Below, in pieces: positions 15,678-30,629 of a stretch of DNA of 64,000 bases; position 1 is the first letter of the stretch; each line of letters opens with the position of its first letter. Both the position numbers and the translations under genes were made by a program. Below the pieces are notes generated by a model. That model was not told where the DNA came from. It did no database searches and was given only the letters and a program-made list of their open reading frames with translations. This stretch comes from Eledone cirrhosa. Its lineage: Eukaryota. The stretch spans positions 319,858,001 to 319,922,000 of the forward strand of contig OZ024741.1 in NCBI GenBank assembly GCA_964016885.1. Reading direction: 5' to 3'.

Positions 15678-15735
15678 AGTCAGTTCTTAGATATGCCAGC
15701 TCTGTGTTTATAGTGTTGATGGTATCAGAGCCTTG

Positions 15736-15796
<61 letters not shown>

Positions 15797-17832
15797 TGTT
15801 CAGGGTACTATTTATGGTTATGTATGCAATAAAACCTTTGATGGTAATATATTATATATACACAAACCCTAAATAGTGAGAGATAGTCTTTAATTACTAT
15901 CCTATTACCAGTAAGTTAAATAGCTCAATGTAATAACATCAGTTGTTATACAGAGCAGTTATATAGAGATTACAGTAATCAAAGTTCAGTTTAAGTCATT
16001 TATTTGCTTACAATTGTTTCCTCCAAACCGAGGTTTGGATTCTTCGGAGCAACTATTTATAACATACTTGACCTCCTTTTCAACCCAAGAGACACATAAA
16101 ACATATGCGCATATTGATCAACAGTGGGGTGACATTCATCAAATGAAACAGCATGGCAATTTACATATAAAGTGTTACATGATAAAAATAAAATAAAATA
16201 AAAGCAAGAGTGAAAATAAAGATAAACATGAAGCGTTGGCAGTCTATGAAGATAAAGCAAGAGGAAAGCTTAGAGTAGTCAGTGCATGAAGCAATCTCCC
16301 GTGTAGCATGCACGCTTGTCTTATCTATACATGATTAGAGTGCGTCAGAATGATATTTGCAGGGTCAGGCAGTTGAAGCAGGCAATCGATCTTATAATAT
16401 AGGCTGAATTATTAAGTCATTTATTCTCATACATCTGTATGATATACAGTCTCGGATGCGGGGAAACACCAAAATATCAAAAACCTTCAACATACTATAA
16501 ACCTTATTGTATCGTAGGCAAGGTCGTACCACTGTCCTTGCTCACACCACCACTCACATAATCCATGAGACGCAATATATATATAGAGAACACGCGTCTA
16601 TCGTATAATTCGCAGTGGTTCAGCATATAGTCAAGCTATAAACGGTATCCAATCGGTTCTTAATTAATATATCATGCTGTCCAAATTCCGGAAGTGCCTG
16701 AATGATTAAGGGGAATTAATGCGTAAGGGGAGGTAACTAGCTAATTATTTTAGTTACATTACTATGCTAAACTACATTAATGGTGATTCAAATACGTGCC
16801 TATCATGTGAAGTTATAACTAATATCTAGAGTATGGTACCCATTTATAAGTTAGAGAGTTGTTCATTAAGATGTACAAGGGTGTATATACTAGGATGATT
16901 GCCAACCAATAATTAAGGGGTGTCATATCTGAACGTTCTATAAGAGGAGTCGGACTCTCAAGTCACTGCTCCATGCAAATGTAATACAACAGTAGGACCT
17001 GGTATGGTCCCACTATTATATATGGCACCCGGTAGGCTCCGGGTCATTGCTTGCCTGCATCTCCAGTAAATCTTCGGTATGGTCCGGAGATCCGATCTCT
17101 CATATAAACGCACTAGTCTGGCCATCAGGTAATAGACAACCCCCGTCTCAAATATAAATCAATAATGTATCACATCTCCAAGCTAGAGTGGAGTCTATTA
17201 ATAGGTATTAAAGGAGTCTACATCAAGATGATTACGTTCATAATTCAATGAACTGATCGCTTACAGTATATACTCACTTAACAATACGATTATCTATCTA
17301 ATCATCAATCTATCTCTTGAAAGACCAGAAAAATATTAAATGCGTGTATAGACATGCTTATATATAAGTTGTTACCAATCTATGCGCATACCCCACTTGC
17401 ATACGTATCACCATACATACACCTTCGTTTAAAATATATGCAGACACATATATAAAGTGTTGTAGTTTGTTTGAAACATTGTGGAATAAGAAATGCAAAT
17501 ATAACTAAGAAATAATTTTAGTTATTTCGAAGCCGAAATGACTAAACTTATTTTCTTTCTTGTTGAGAAGACCTTTTCAACAAGAAAGATGAACACACCT
17601 TCTTCAACATTTAATTTAAAATTTTTTTTTTTTACTTCTTTTTAATTGTAATATTCAACATTTGATAAGATAGATTACACCGATACAAGAAAACCGGTTA
17701 TATTATATATATTGTATATACATTATAAAACTCCTTTTTAAAAAATAATTGTCCCTCTCAATTTTTCAATAATGTCACTTTGACGGATCAAAGAAGAAAA
17801 AAAGGAAAACAGATCCTTCAAATATATTTTCA

Positions 17833-17869
<37 letters not shown>

Positions 17870-18280
17870 AGAGTCAGGACCGCGACGGCTGAGCTCTTGC
17901 CGTTTCAACAGCTAGTTCAGACCTAGCTGTCGAAACGGCCGGAGCTCAGCCGTCGAGGTCCCTGACTCTTTTCCTATTACCCACTCTACTACCCCGTATC
18001 GAGTACTTTGGTGCGTTATGGTCCAACTGGTTACTTACCACACTTACTGGGTCTAAAATATTGGTCACCAGGAGATGAAGGGGGCACACCTACATATAGA
18101 ATGCTATCATTTAATTTTTATAATGAATAGATAACATTTAAAAAAAATAAAAAAAATACATAAGTGGAAACAAAACAGTGCATTCAAATTTTTGCGGAAA
18201 AATATCTTCCCTGCTCCAATAAAAGGTATTATGTATTTAACGAGACTTTCAATAATAACATTTGGTCTTTCACACTCACT

Positions 18281-18346
<66 letters not shown>

Positions 18347-18450
18347 TAAAATAACAGATTAAAGTATATATATATATAATAAAGTATATGTTCCTACACG
18401 CACAAGGCGCTTAGGGACATATGTATTGTTCAACCATATGCCAATGTGGT

Positions 18451-18651
18451 TCATATATATATAATATTATAAAGCTGAATGTCGTGTGTATTATGTATGT
18501 ATGTATCCTACACACCTCTCTATAGTTTCTTAGCTTTACTCTCTCCGTCGCTCTTCCCTCTCTCTATAATAGATCATTCCCCCTCTCTATAATTTAACTG
18601 CTTTACTCTCTCTGTCGTTCTTCACTCTCAAATATTATAAAGCTGAGCGTC

Positions 18652-18710
<59 letters not shown>

Positions 18711-18861
18711 CCCTCTTTCACCCTCTCTATAATTTAACTGCTTTATTCTCTGTCTCTCTTCACTCTCTATACGACAGCAGGTAATACATACATCAAAAGG
18801 CAACCCTGACAAATATAATAATGTATGTATCCCACACACTTTTTCTGTCGTCGCTCGCATA

Positions 18862-18953
<92 letters not shown>

Positions 18954-19215
18954 ATACTTTCACACCTGATTTCACCAATTGCCGGATAACATCAAAACAA
19001 AACACAGAGACACACACATGCACATACACAAACGCACATACACATACACAAACACATACACACATATCTATACTTTATATGTATGTATGTATCTATGTAT
19101 GTAAGATCATTCCCCCTCTCTATAATTTAACTGCTTTACTCTCTCTGTCTCTCTTCACTCTCTATATGACAACACTGGTTTAGTTTCCGTATCTCCCTTC
19201 AATATATACGCACAC

Positions 19216-19252
<37 letters not shown>

Positions 19253-19355
19253 CGGAAGGACAATGTGACACGGGAGGGTGTGAGGTATCTTTGCAGTGGA
19301 GTGAGGGGGGGGGGACAGGTATACCTAGCCGAGCGCCACCCGGACGGGACAGCTA

Positions 19356-19356
<1 letters not shown>
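18451..19356 (+). mobile_element. Putative non-autonomous Helitron carrying microsatellites
   Basis: The 5' end is TC..ATAATATTATAAAGCTGAA. The 3' end has a GC-rich CCG..CGG short palindrome, then CTAG|T. Internal direct repeats lie at ~18571, ~18721 and ~19103. Confidence 0.5.
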
Positions 19357-19392
<36 letters not shown>

Positions 19393-19514
19393 TGTATATA
19401 TAGTGTATTTTGCAATACACTGTATGCTTAATTAAAAGCATTTTGAAGACCTTACACTATTGTTTTAAAGTAGCGACAATGTCACTTACTTCAATTTTCA
19501 GCAAAGAGGCGAGA

Positions 19515-19563
19515 TAAGCTGACAGAGCTCTGTTTCGTACTTGTTGGTACTTATCAAAGCTCA
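19515..19563 (-). ncRNA. Type I hammerhead ribozyme, U3-A8 core variant (family C)
   Basis: GAGCT-TTGATAA-GTAC CAACAA GTAC-GAAA-CAGAGCTCTG-TC-AGCTT. Confidence 0.75.
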
Positions 19564-19947
19564 CCACTCCTCCTGTTTGCCGAAAATTATAAAATGCATT
19601 TAACTAAGCATATAGTGTATTGCAAAATACACTATATATACATTCATATATATATCGCTATTTCAGAGCACCAATTATAATTTTCAACTTTTGCTAGACC
19701 GGCTACTGCTCTGTATAACCAGCTCCTGATTATTACTGGAATTCTATAAGAATCCATCATTCATCATTTTCGGCAAACAGGAGGAGTGATGATCTTTGAT
19801 AAGTACCAACAAGTACGAAATGAAATTTCATTTTTTCCATTTATCGTTTTCGGTACGCTCGGCCGACTAACTCACTCGATATGAAAATTAGGCTGCTCAG
19901 CCGTTAATATGCATAAGGAAAGTATATACTTTCAAACGTTCAATCAA

Positions 19948-20016
19948 CTGACAGGAAGGTATACGGTGCTGATGACAGCTAATAAGCTAGAAACTAGTTC
20001 ATCGTTCCTTTGTCAG
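19948..20016 (+). ncRNA. Type I hammerhead ribozyme with extended stem I
   Basis: CTGACAGGAAGG..ACGGTG-CTGATGA-[AGCT AATA AGCT]-GAAA-CTAG-TT-CATCGT..CCTTTGTCAG. Confidence 0.8.
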
Positions 20017-20223
20017 TGTTGAACAAATAGGGCAGCGATGGTTGCCGAACACTGTACGGCTAATAATTCGGGCTGCTTATTTACAAACAAACCGAGCAGT
20101 ATAATAAATGTTTGGTAAACACATACATACATATATATGTGTGTGCATGTATGTATATACATACTACTGTACGTCTGTATACATATATGTATGTACGTAT
20201 ACATACTTACACACACACACACA

Positions 20224-20317
<94 letters not shown>

Positions 20318-20342
20318 TGTATATATATAGATGTATATATAT

Positions 20343-20680
20343 GTCTGAGGGTAGCTAAGATGCTTCCATAGGCGGTATGCCGGTTGAGCACTCTATGCTC
20401 TTACAAAGCAGAGTATGATAGAATAGAAAACGAAAAATCAGTGATGCATCTGAACTCAATTTATCGTGTGTTACAATTGTTTGCCCGACGGACATGTCTA
20501 ATGATTTCGGGGCATAGAGAATATGCTCCGAAATCATTAGACGTGTCCGTCGAACCTGCGGGTCCAGAATCAGACAGATCCACACAATGATCGCGTCTTG
20601 AGCTGTCCGCCGGGCAAACAATTCTAACACACGATAAATTGAGTTCAGATGCATCACTGATTTTTCGTTTTCTATTCTAT
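20343..20680. mobile_element. Short fold-back PLE-type family D insertion; relatives at 4172-4270 and 54776-55092
   Basis: Shared GAAAAATCAGTGATGCATC arms in inverted orientation plus a common tail (CATACCGCCTAT). Confidence 0.75.
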
Positions 20681-21116
20681 GTATGTATGTATGTATGTAT
20701 GTATGTATGTATGTATGTATGTATGTATGTAGGGCGGAAGAGTCAACGGCCATCCGAAAGTGTGTAAATATGTATATACACATGTACCGCGCGGTTAAAC
20801 CACTGGGAGTGAAGGACCCCTAGCTTTGTCAGGGCATTCTTCTAGGAGAAGGCAACTCACGAAACTGGGATAACCCCGATATAAAACCTGCAGCTCAGTA
20901 GTTACCGATGATGTTGATCTTTTCTTCTTTTCGGGTTAGTGCTACTGCCGCTACGAGACTGGGATTGGCTCAGTGCACAGTCTTTCCTCATTTAAAAAAA
21001 AACATCTTTACGCACAGGCATTGCACGATAGAATTGATTAATAATTATTAATAATGGTATATCGTGCAATGGCCATACTCGATAACGAGGGGCCAGCCAT
21101 CATGTATATATATATA

Positions 21117-21162
<46 letters not shown>

Positions 21163-21169
<7 letters not shown>

Positions 21170-24100
21170 TAAAATAACAGATTACAGTTTAAGCAAAGAA
21201 TCGCTGCTTTTAACCTTAACGGGATTTTCTGAAACAGTCAATCTGTGAACGCAGAAGTGAATATTTCAAAAAAACGTTGCAACCGGAGGAAGACAGGAAG
21301 ACGATACTTTGGTTTGTGGAAACGTTCCCTGGCAAAGAACGGGAAAAAACGAATATAATACGTCATTATTTGGATCGGTGAAAAACAATTACCACTTTTA
21401 TGGTATAAAAGAAGTCGTAGACTAATATTCTATTAGGTGGTTATAGAGACGTTCTCTGGCAATGAACGGAAAAAACGAAGAAAATACGTCATATGTGGAG
21501 CGGGGAGAACAATTGCGCGCAAAGACAAAATCACGTAAATGGTATAACTGAAGTCGTAGACAAGAATTCTAACTAGGAAACCGAATGATTCTCGGCTTTG
21601 GAGTTAAGAATAATGTAAATAAAATACAGAGATAATTGAAATTAAATAAATACATACACGCATCCATAAACGTACATACACAAGCATACGCGAAAACACT
21701 CGCAATAGGTATACAAAAAAAAAAAAAAAACCCCGCACGCACTTACAGAACCCACGCAACGCCTCTACCCGCACGCATACGAATGTATGCACCAAGTACA
21801 CATAAAAATATATATAAAAAAAAAATATATATATATGTGTGTGTGTGTGCGTGTATACATATAATTAAATAAACGTATATAAATAAATAAACACGTATAT
21901 AACAAGCGCACACACATACCTACATGTAAATACACATATGTTCGGAGACATACGTCAACCAAAACACAAAGCACACACACCCTACACACACCTTACATAC
22001 GTACGAACCCGCATACTCACACAAATGCAAAACTCACGTATACACATAACCAAAAGCATATGTACCAGAATATATAATATATACGCCATAACATATACAA
22101 TCAAATATACATACGAGAAAGTATACGTACCTTCGCAAAACATACAGGTAATATATATACTTACCTATACAAATAAGTAGTGGTATAAACATAACATATA
22201 CTTAGCTACCACATCAAGACGTAAAATATCCGCGTATAGTTCGTACTATCCGTTAGGGTATAATGTGGGGCTGTAATACAGGAAAGTTTTGTGCAATTTA
22301 TGTTTACAAGCCGAAATTGCCTCAGATTTTTTGTTTATGATGTGGTCTTTGGCGTAGGGTATTTCCAGGGCCTCAGTGGCGCAGAGGTCACATGGTCTTT
22401 TATTTCCGTTATACGATCTAGCCCTAGCTAGAATCTCCCAGTGTAACTTATATTGGGTGTGGTTGTCTTTTAGACTCCAGATGTAAGCTGAAAGTGACGT
22501 CATATTCCTTCTTAAAGGGTAACGAAAAGAATGGGTATGCATGTAAAGACGCTGCTTGAATCTATTGGCGGTTTACCCTATGGAGGCCCTACGGGACGTG
22601 GGTGTTTCAACCTTACATTTGTAGACAATGTTATTAGAGAGGCATTTCCCGGATAGGGGAAGTCAACCCGATTCCTACAATTACATTTAGTACTAACTAC
22701 AGGGTTGCACGTGTTCCTACGGCTAGGTAGTTTAGCTAAATTTGAAGCTGTGATGTTATGTGCAAGGTTAGGAGTCGTAGAGTAAGAAATTTTAATAGTA
22801 TTTCTATTAAAAATTTTACTATATTTATGTGTAGGGGAGAAATGCTTCATAATAAGCGAGAGAAAGATCTTAGCTAATGGTGTGGCCACCTCCATATTAT
22901 ATGGTGGGTTATACCATATAATGCGTCGGGATCTATTTCTTCTAGGTCTATTCTCGTACTCTGTATATGCTACCTTATCGACAAATCCACTCCGAGCAAG
23001 AGCTTCATTGTCATATGTGGAATGGTTGTTGAAAATATGCTCGTTAGTAGATAGACGGGAAAGCCTCAAAGAAACGTTTCTTACCAGGTACTTGGTTATG
23101 CTGGCAGGATGGTTAGAATGCTTACTTATGTAATTAAGCCTATCATTCGGCTTTCTATACGGGTAATGCAAACTATTCGATAAATTGAGGGTAACGTCGA
23201 GGTAATTAACGACCGAGAGGTTGGCCTCAACCTGTATGGAGAGGTTGAAGCCTTTAAAGAATGCTGTGAGTTCTTTTCTGAACCTGTCGCAAGCACGTGG
23301 GCCGCACTTTGTCATGGTCAAAAGACCATCATCACGGTACGAACCACCGCCCACGTTGGGGAATTCTTCCTTGATAGAGAAAAGAAGGGAAAGGCCGATG
23401 AGATCAGTAACCTCCGCACAATCGCTGGCGCCCATACTCACATCGAATGGGGTACTATTAGATATTTTAATCCAAATAGAGTCGTCGAAATTAATCACGG
23501 ACTTACGGGCATTGAGGATGACATCAACTTCGAAATCCTTAACCACTGTGAGTGTTTTAGCGAAATTGATAGCTCTAAGGAGAAGTGGTAAAGTGGTAGA
23601 GGAGTAGTAATTATTGATGTCGAATTGGATAAAACGGCAATGTTCCTTGTTGCATATGCCGTTGAACCAATCAATCACCGCGAAAGGATTGTTCCACAGT
23701 ACAAGAGGGGCCAAACTTCTAATTTCAGGTATAATTCTATCAAGAATCCTTTTACTAAATCTACCTAAATCGGACTTCGTAGGGTTAAAAAGCCGAATAG
23801 AGGGGTTGTTCGGAAAATTGGATTTGTGATCCTTCAGGGTAAAGTGGGGAGAAATAGGGTCCAGAGGTTCGGTCCGGTCCAGGATGTTGAGATCAGAGGT
23901 GATTTTAAACCCAGCATCGTTGATTTCATTAATGACGCTCCGATTAGTTTTACGGTAATCCTTAGTTACATCATTATGTAGCAGTTGATGGTAAGTACTG
24001 CGTTCCACTTGATATAGATTGCCAGTTTTGTCGGAATGGACGTGCACGGCATTAGAATCCTTAATAGAACGAATTCTATTCTTCAGGTCCTGCTGGAAGG

Positions 24101-24650
24101 AATTGCTCCTATTCCGAAATTTGATACTCCGTATGAGTTCCAAGACATCATTTTTGAAGGGTAGCAATGCTGGGATACTCGGAGGGTTATTATAGGTTTT
24201 AAACCCAAATTTATCCTGTTTGTTGTCTGCTTTTCCCTGATTATCGAAATAAAAGGCACGCCAACGCAACCTTTTAATGAACGCGTCTGTTTTCTGTATC
24301 AGGAGTTTTAGGTATGTTTTCCTGCGTGTAATTTTTTTTTACCGATCCAAATAATGACGTATTATATTCGTTTTTTCCCGTTCTTTGCCAGGGAACGTTT
24401 CCACGAACCAAAGTATCGTCTTCCTGGCTTCCTCCGGTTGCAAGGGTTTTTTTAAATATTCACTTCTGCGTTCACAGATTGACTTTGTTAGTTTCAGAAG
24501 ATCCCATTAAAGGTGAAAGCAGCGATTCTTTGCTTAAACTTTAATCTGTTATTTTAATAAATATTTGCCACACAGTTCTTATATATTTGATATATATTTA
24601 TCCTTATCGAGCCCTCTTTGGATTTTAGTCTTCGAATTTATTATTAATAC
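21163..24650. mobile_element. Penelope-like element PLE-2 (family A): long tailless segment on - (21163-24325) joined to an oppositely oriented terminal repeat + tail on + (24330-24650)
   Basis: 24335-24563 is the reverse complement of 21165-21385. Both outer ends abut (TA)n. Confidence 0.85.
22246..24325 (-). pseudogene. Penelope-like (Naiad-type) RT-GIY-YIG ORF, frameshifted near the Cys motif
   Basis: 563-aa ORF (RWRAFYF, SDKTGNLY, LKDHK, QFDINNYY, VSMGA, YRDDGL, IIWYNPPY, CNCRNR) continues in another frame (SLSAYIWSLK, CDLCATE). Confidence 0.92.
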
Positions 24651-24664
24651 TATATATATATATG

Positions 24665-24719
<55 letters not shown>

Positions 24720-25606
24720 TATATGCATGTATGATTCTATGTTTTTATGCATGTATATATGTATGTCTGTGTTAATGCATATATATATTCCTCGTTGATG
24801 AAGCTGCTTTTAGCTGATTACGTAATGCTTAATAGCATTACTTAGTTTCTGTGCACGCCAGTTCCACATGGATTAATGCAGCTGTAGGTATTGTGCTTGA
24901 AATATTACTGCACCGGAGGCAATTGTAGGTATTGTGTTTGAAATATTACCTCAAAATACAATTTGTCCACTAAGAAATCACTTAAAAAACTAACTCGTCG
25001 CTTAGTTAAATTAGCAAATGACACCACCGTGGAATAAAAGTTAACTGCTTGTGCTTTCTTGGCATCTTATGGACAGCAAAGACATGGATGAAAGAGCTAA
25101 AAATAGCTAATCAACTCATTCAAATTCAGTAGCTCGCCTTAAGTAAGGAAGCAGTATGATAAAAAATAAATAAAGATAAAAACAACTCGATTTCGTTGCT
25201 CTGTGAAAACTTAATGGAAGTAAAATCCAAAAGAACCACTTTCAGAGCTCACTTATAGAACAATACTAGCAGAATGGGCCGGTGTTGCTCGGAATTTGCT
25301 CTAGGGTTCTTATATATTTGATATATATTTGTCCTTCTCGAGCCTCGTGAAGTAAATACGTTTGTTTATATTTTGTTATTGTGTTTGCAAAAATATCTGT
25401 ACACGAATATATAAATAACAGTACAGAGAAGTACGTAATACCTCGGCCTCGGGTTGATGTCTACATTTTGTGCTTATAAAAAAAGTTCGTCGTATATTAC
25501 CAGGGTTTACGTTCGAAGAAAATCAATACTTTATCGCGAAATAAATACTTTTGTTTATATGTGTATGCAAAATTATCTGTACACGAATATATAATTATAT
25601 ATATAT

Positions 25607-26382
25607 TTTTTTTTCTTTCCCGAGATCCATGGACGAGTTCTCTCCAGCGGTCTCTGTCCCTCATTATCGCTGCGTCTCCAACAGACCAGTGTCTGTCCTT
25701 AGGGCATCAACATATGTTAACCTTGGTCTTCTTCTTCCAATGTGTCTATGTAGGGGCTCCCACAGGAGCACTGAGTGCGATGTCAACTCTGGATGACGGT
25801 GATCATGTCCAACAAGCCTCAGTCTGCTCTGTGTCACTTTTGAGCTGACTTTTGGGAAGCTCCCATACAGCTCTGAGTTTTTCATCCTCAGTGTATACTG
25901 ATTAATGTTCAGAGCCATCCTCAGCATTCTCGTGTAGCACCCATCCACCATCTGAGTGAGTTTCTTGGTCAGTGTCCAAGTCTCAGACCCGTACAGCAGC
26001 ACAGACTCCACTGCAGCAATGAAGAGGCGGATTTTCAGGTCTTTACGAAGGTCCAAATTCCACCCCGATCTCAAGCTTTAAGAAGGCCTTTGATTCTGTG
26101 GACCATCACTGCCTGATGAAGATCTTGCAGTCTTATGGAATCCCCAAGAAGATAGTGGACCTGATATCACTGCTCTACACCAACACCAAAGCCCAAGTCA
26201 TCACACCTTATGGGATGACAGAGTTCTTTGAGATACTGGCTGGAGTGCTGCAGGGAGATACATTGGCTTCCTACCTTTTTATCATCGTAGAGGACTATTG
26301 TATGCGCCTTGCACTGGAGAAACACCAGGACTCTGGCTTTACTGTAGCACCGGTTCAGAGCAGGAGAGTTAAGGCGAAAAAG
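25607..26382. mobile_element. RTE-group LINE 3' fragment (-) with inverted upstream RT segment (+)
   Basis: 25664-26074 (-) reads LKIRLFIAAVESVLLYGSETWTLTK. 26075-26382 (+) reads FKKAFDSVDH..GVLQGDTLASYLFII. Confidence 0.85.
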
Positions 26383-26383
26383 A

Positions 26384-26435
<52 letters not shown>

Positions 26436-26586
26436 AACAAGTAGGAGCCCGACGGCTGAGCTCAAGCCGTTTCGACGGCTAATTCTGGACGGGGTCCTAC
26501 TTGTTCCTATTAACCACTCTACTACCCTAAGTATTGAGTACTTTGGTGCGTTATGCTCCACCTGGTTCCTTACCACATTTCCTTCG

Positions 26587-26646
<60 letters not shown>

Positions 26647-27145
26647 AATTTTAATCTTTAATTTTGATTTCTAATTTTTAATTTTAATTTAATTTTAATC
26701 TAATTTTTCAACCTATCATTATAAGTATTATAATCAAAACGTAATGAATCCTGCATTATAAATATTATTCTTCCACGTTAATCTCATTTCTTCTCTCACT
26801 TAGATATACTTACGCTGTGTATATTTATCCTTTGAAACGTATCTCTTCATGCACTCTATTTTCACTATCAATATATATAATCGTTCTTTCTTTCCTCTTC
26901 TATCTTTCTCCTTTCTTTTTTCTTTTTTTCTTTTTTTTTCTCTCTCCCTTACATATCATCTTCTTCCAACAGTTTAATTTAAATAAACCGTTATCTTTTC
27001 AACCTTTCGGACACTCATTTTCATACTCACTCATAACTTTGTATCACCCTCAATAAATGTACTATCTCCACTATCCAGGAAGCTCCAACCGTTAAGGTTG
27101 TCTTTTTTTCCGGGTATGTCAATATTTATTTATAAAACAAATCTG

Positions 27146-27211
27146 TATTTTATCTGATGAAAGCGCACCATAATTTGCCTTGGTTGCCCTTGAAATATGT
27201 ATAATAAAATA
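27146..27211 (+). ncRNA. Type I hammerhead ribozyme in a solo PLE-type terminal repeat (~26640-27345)
   Basis: TATTTTAT-CTGATGA-stem II-GAAA-TATGTA-TA-ATAAAATA. Confidence 0.8.
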
Positions 27212-27495
27212 AATATGGTTTTATAAATATAGTTTCCCTTTATTAATATAACGTGTATTTACTCCACTAATCTGTTGAGTGCTTTATATCAGTTATAAAC
27301 ATTTTTTAAGCTTGTTGAATTCCAACAAATTAAATATAACCTCTGCATATATATATATATTAAAATAACAGATTAAAGTTTAAGCAAAGAATCGCTGCTT
27401 TCACCCTTAACGGGATCTTCTGAAACTAAAATAATAAATCTGTGAACGCAGAAGTAAATATTTCGAAAAACGTTACACACTATATATATATATAT

Positions 27496-27571
<76 letters not shown>

Positions 27572-28241
27572 GACACACACGCACCGTGTCATAATTACGT
27601 AATGCAGACAGTCAGACATACAGACAGATATTATAAGGGCCCAACGTAATATCCATGTATCTATCTAAAAAGAGAAAGACTAAGAGAGAGAGAGAAAGAG
27701 ATCGCTAAATCTCCTATTGCGGTCCCTAGGGCATTGGAAATTCGAAATGTTTTTGCTCATAACACTCAATAGGACCATAAGTATTAATTACATATATAAA
27801 GTTAGACATTCTCTGTTTTAGTAATATAGATTACAGAGAAACAATATATATATATATATCGACCCCGTAGGGATGAAAGGCAAAGTTAACCTCGGCGGCA
27901 TTTGAACTCAGATCGTAAATGGACGTAACTATGCTGGAAAGCATGTCCGACCCTTAATGATATGCGATTCGTTGGCTAGCAAACAGCCTCATTAGGCTAT
28001 GTTTTTGATAGCCATCGTCATCCGTTCGTTCAACAGTGAACGACCGGATGACTATGGTCATCAATGAGGCTGCTTGCTTACAAACGAATCGAATATTATT
28101 ACTGTTATTCGATATAAAACTCATAAATTCATTTATGTAATCCGTTATGTGAGAGCGAAAAATCAAAATCTGATTACATATATGTTTGTGTCTGTGTGTA
28201 TGTATATATATGAATATATATGTATATATATGTATATATAA

Positions 28242-28369
<128 letters not shown>

Positions 28370-29306
28370 CATAGTCTTGACTGTGTTTGTGTGTCAATAT
28401 CAGCGAAAATCAAATCAAATAAACAGGTGATTTTCTAGCTTAGTGCTTTGCAATATTTGTTCAGCATCAGATTATATATACTGTCGTGTTACTTTAACTA
28501 TCAGAAATACAATGAAACACTGTTTAGTCAGGAGGAAAGCTACCACCAACGAGGCCAATATTTGCCAACTGTGATATATAACAAAAATAAAGAAAATTCA
28601 TCAAGATAACTTAATTACTGTAATTGATACAAAGAAGGCGTTTGATTGATTGCAAGGAGGTATTTGACATACTTCAATGGGTCAGACTCCGAGTGACGGA
28701 TTCAACAAAATTGTAGAAGCAAATCATTTAATAACACACTGCCGAACGTCTTTAAAACAACAACAATGCACTAACGTACCATTAAATTAATCTCTAGATC
28801 GCCATGGCTTAGTTACCGATTCCTTAGAATATCATTTGAAATATTTCAGAGTGATAATGCGTTTGGTCTATATAATTTTCTGTGCATTTTGGCTTTGACG
28901 TGCCTAATGAAAACAATTTGGAGCAATATATATAGAAGGGAACCATACTAATCAAATACCCCTCTTTTATGCATGATCTAATAATAAATTGATTATATCT
29001 TTTTGTCTTTATGAGATCGGGTCTTTAGTTTGTTTCTGTTTTTAGTTCATTGTTGACTTCTCACGAAACACCCATTTTGGTAACACTTCATGTATAGCCA
29101 AGATGCTATTGAAGATTATTTGACTGTGTCGCTCCTAAAATTACATCCAGAATAATGTTGAATATTATCAATATCAGAGTTTTGTGTAATTCATGATGTA
29201 CATGAAAGAAAATATCTAATCATATTCTTCATACTTTAATGGTTCGGTGGGACGTTTTTCCAATTTTCCTAATTACCACATAGTCTTCTCCTTAGCTATT
29301 ATACTT

Positions 29307-29371
<65 letters not shown>

Positions 29372-30430
29372 CTTCTTGATACATGACCTTCGAAAATATA
29401 TATGTAAATATTTATCTGTTCTAGGTATCGCTTGAGAAGGTCAAATTGTCTCATGGTGATTTCCTCGAATCTCTGCGTTCTGTGTTGAAATCTAACGAAG
29501 GTCAACTTTGACATTCATTGCTCCGAGTTCGATAAATAAGAACCAGGTAGGTGCATAAGATTATTCTTCCCGTCCACATTTACTCTTTCTTTTTGTCATT
29601 CTCTCAGAATTAGCTATGATGCACCGTAAACGTGTCGTGTGTTACCACTTATAGCGCTTCTTCCCTCCAGAAATGGACGAGGATTGAGTTACGGACTAGC
29701 AAACTATTCTTATCTAAGACGTTACATAACGACCCAAAGAAATAATATAAGACGACTAGCATAGATAAAACGACATGTTATAAAACTTGGAAAGGTTTTT
29801 GAAAACGAACCGTCTCATAGCTTCTTCTAAATCGTCATTAATTATCATTATAATAAAATTTGAGGGCTATTTTCTAATTCATAGCTTTGAAAGAATCGCT
29901 TCTTCCTAATACTGCACATTTTAAATCTATTATTTTAAGTCGTTATTAGTTGTTTTAAATATTTCAGTGTTTGAATTCATTCTTATACCTTATTTATATT
30001 ATATCTATTTATGATTTCTTTTGCCTTTTATAGACATCCTATTTATCTTACTTGCCTCGCTGCATGAATTATATATTCTGTGTTTCAATTTACCATTCCA
30101 ATATTATATTCTATATTGATGATTCTTCACGTCTGTAACTACATTATTTATCTAAGCGTTCATTTTGAATTACTAAGAATATATAATCATAACGATTACA
30201 TAATTCAGCTTCTATACATGGGAATTAATATTATGTGATGTTGAATTTTCTTCTGTCATTGCTCATAACATCACTTAATCTGCTTTGATATTTAAGAGCG
30301 AGTTTTCACAAAGACTTTTATTCACAAAAGTTACTTTGTGTGTTCTAAGTTCTTATGATGTTAATAATATATCAAGTTTGTTATAATGTATCAATTTCGA
30401 GTTGAATTCCTATGGCGTGACGTTCTATTC

Positions 30431-30498
<68 letters not shown>

Positions 30499-30629
30499 AT
30501 GGTGGTAGTGGTAGTGGTGGTGGTGGTAGTAATAGAAGCATCAGCAGCATTAGCAATGGTAACAATACCTACACAGGTTGTCTGTTTCTTGTCAGTGTGG
30601 AAATATATTTCTCTAATATTGTTAGCACA

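Noticed and set aside
21290-21335. Hammerhead-like AAGACGA..GAAACGTT motif in PLE family A
   Set aside because: The core deviates at positions 3-4 with no 3-8 pair, and it lies antisense to the element. No convincing hammerhead was found for family A.
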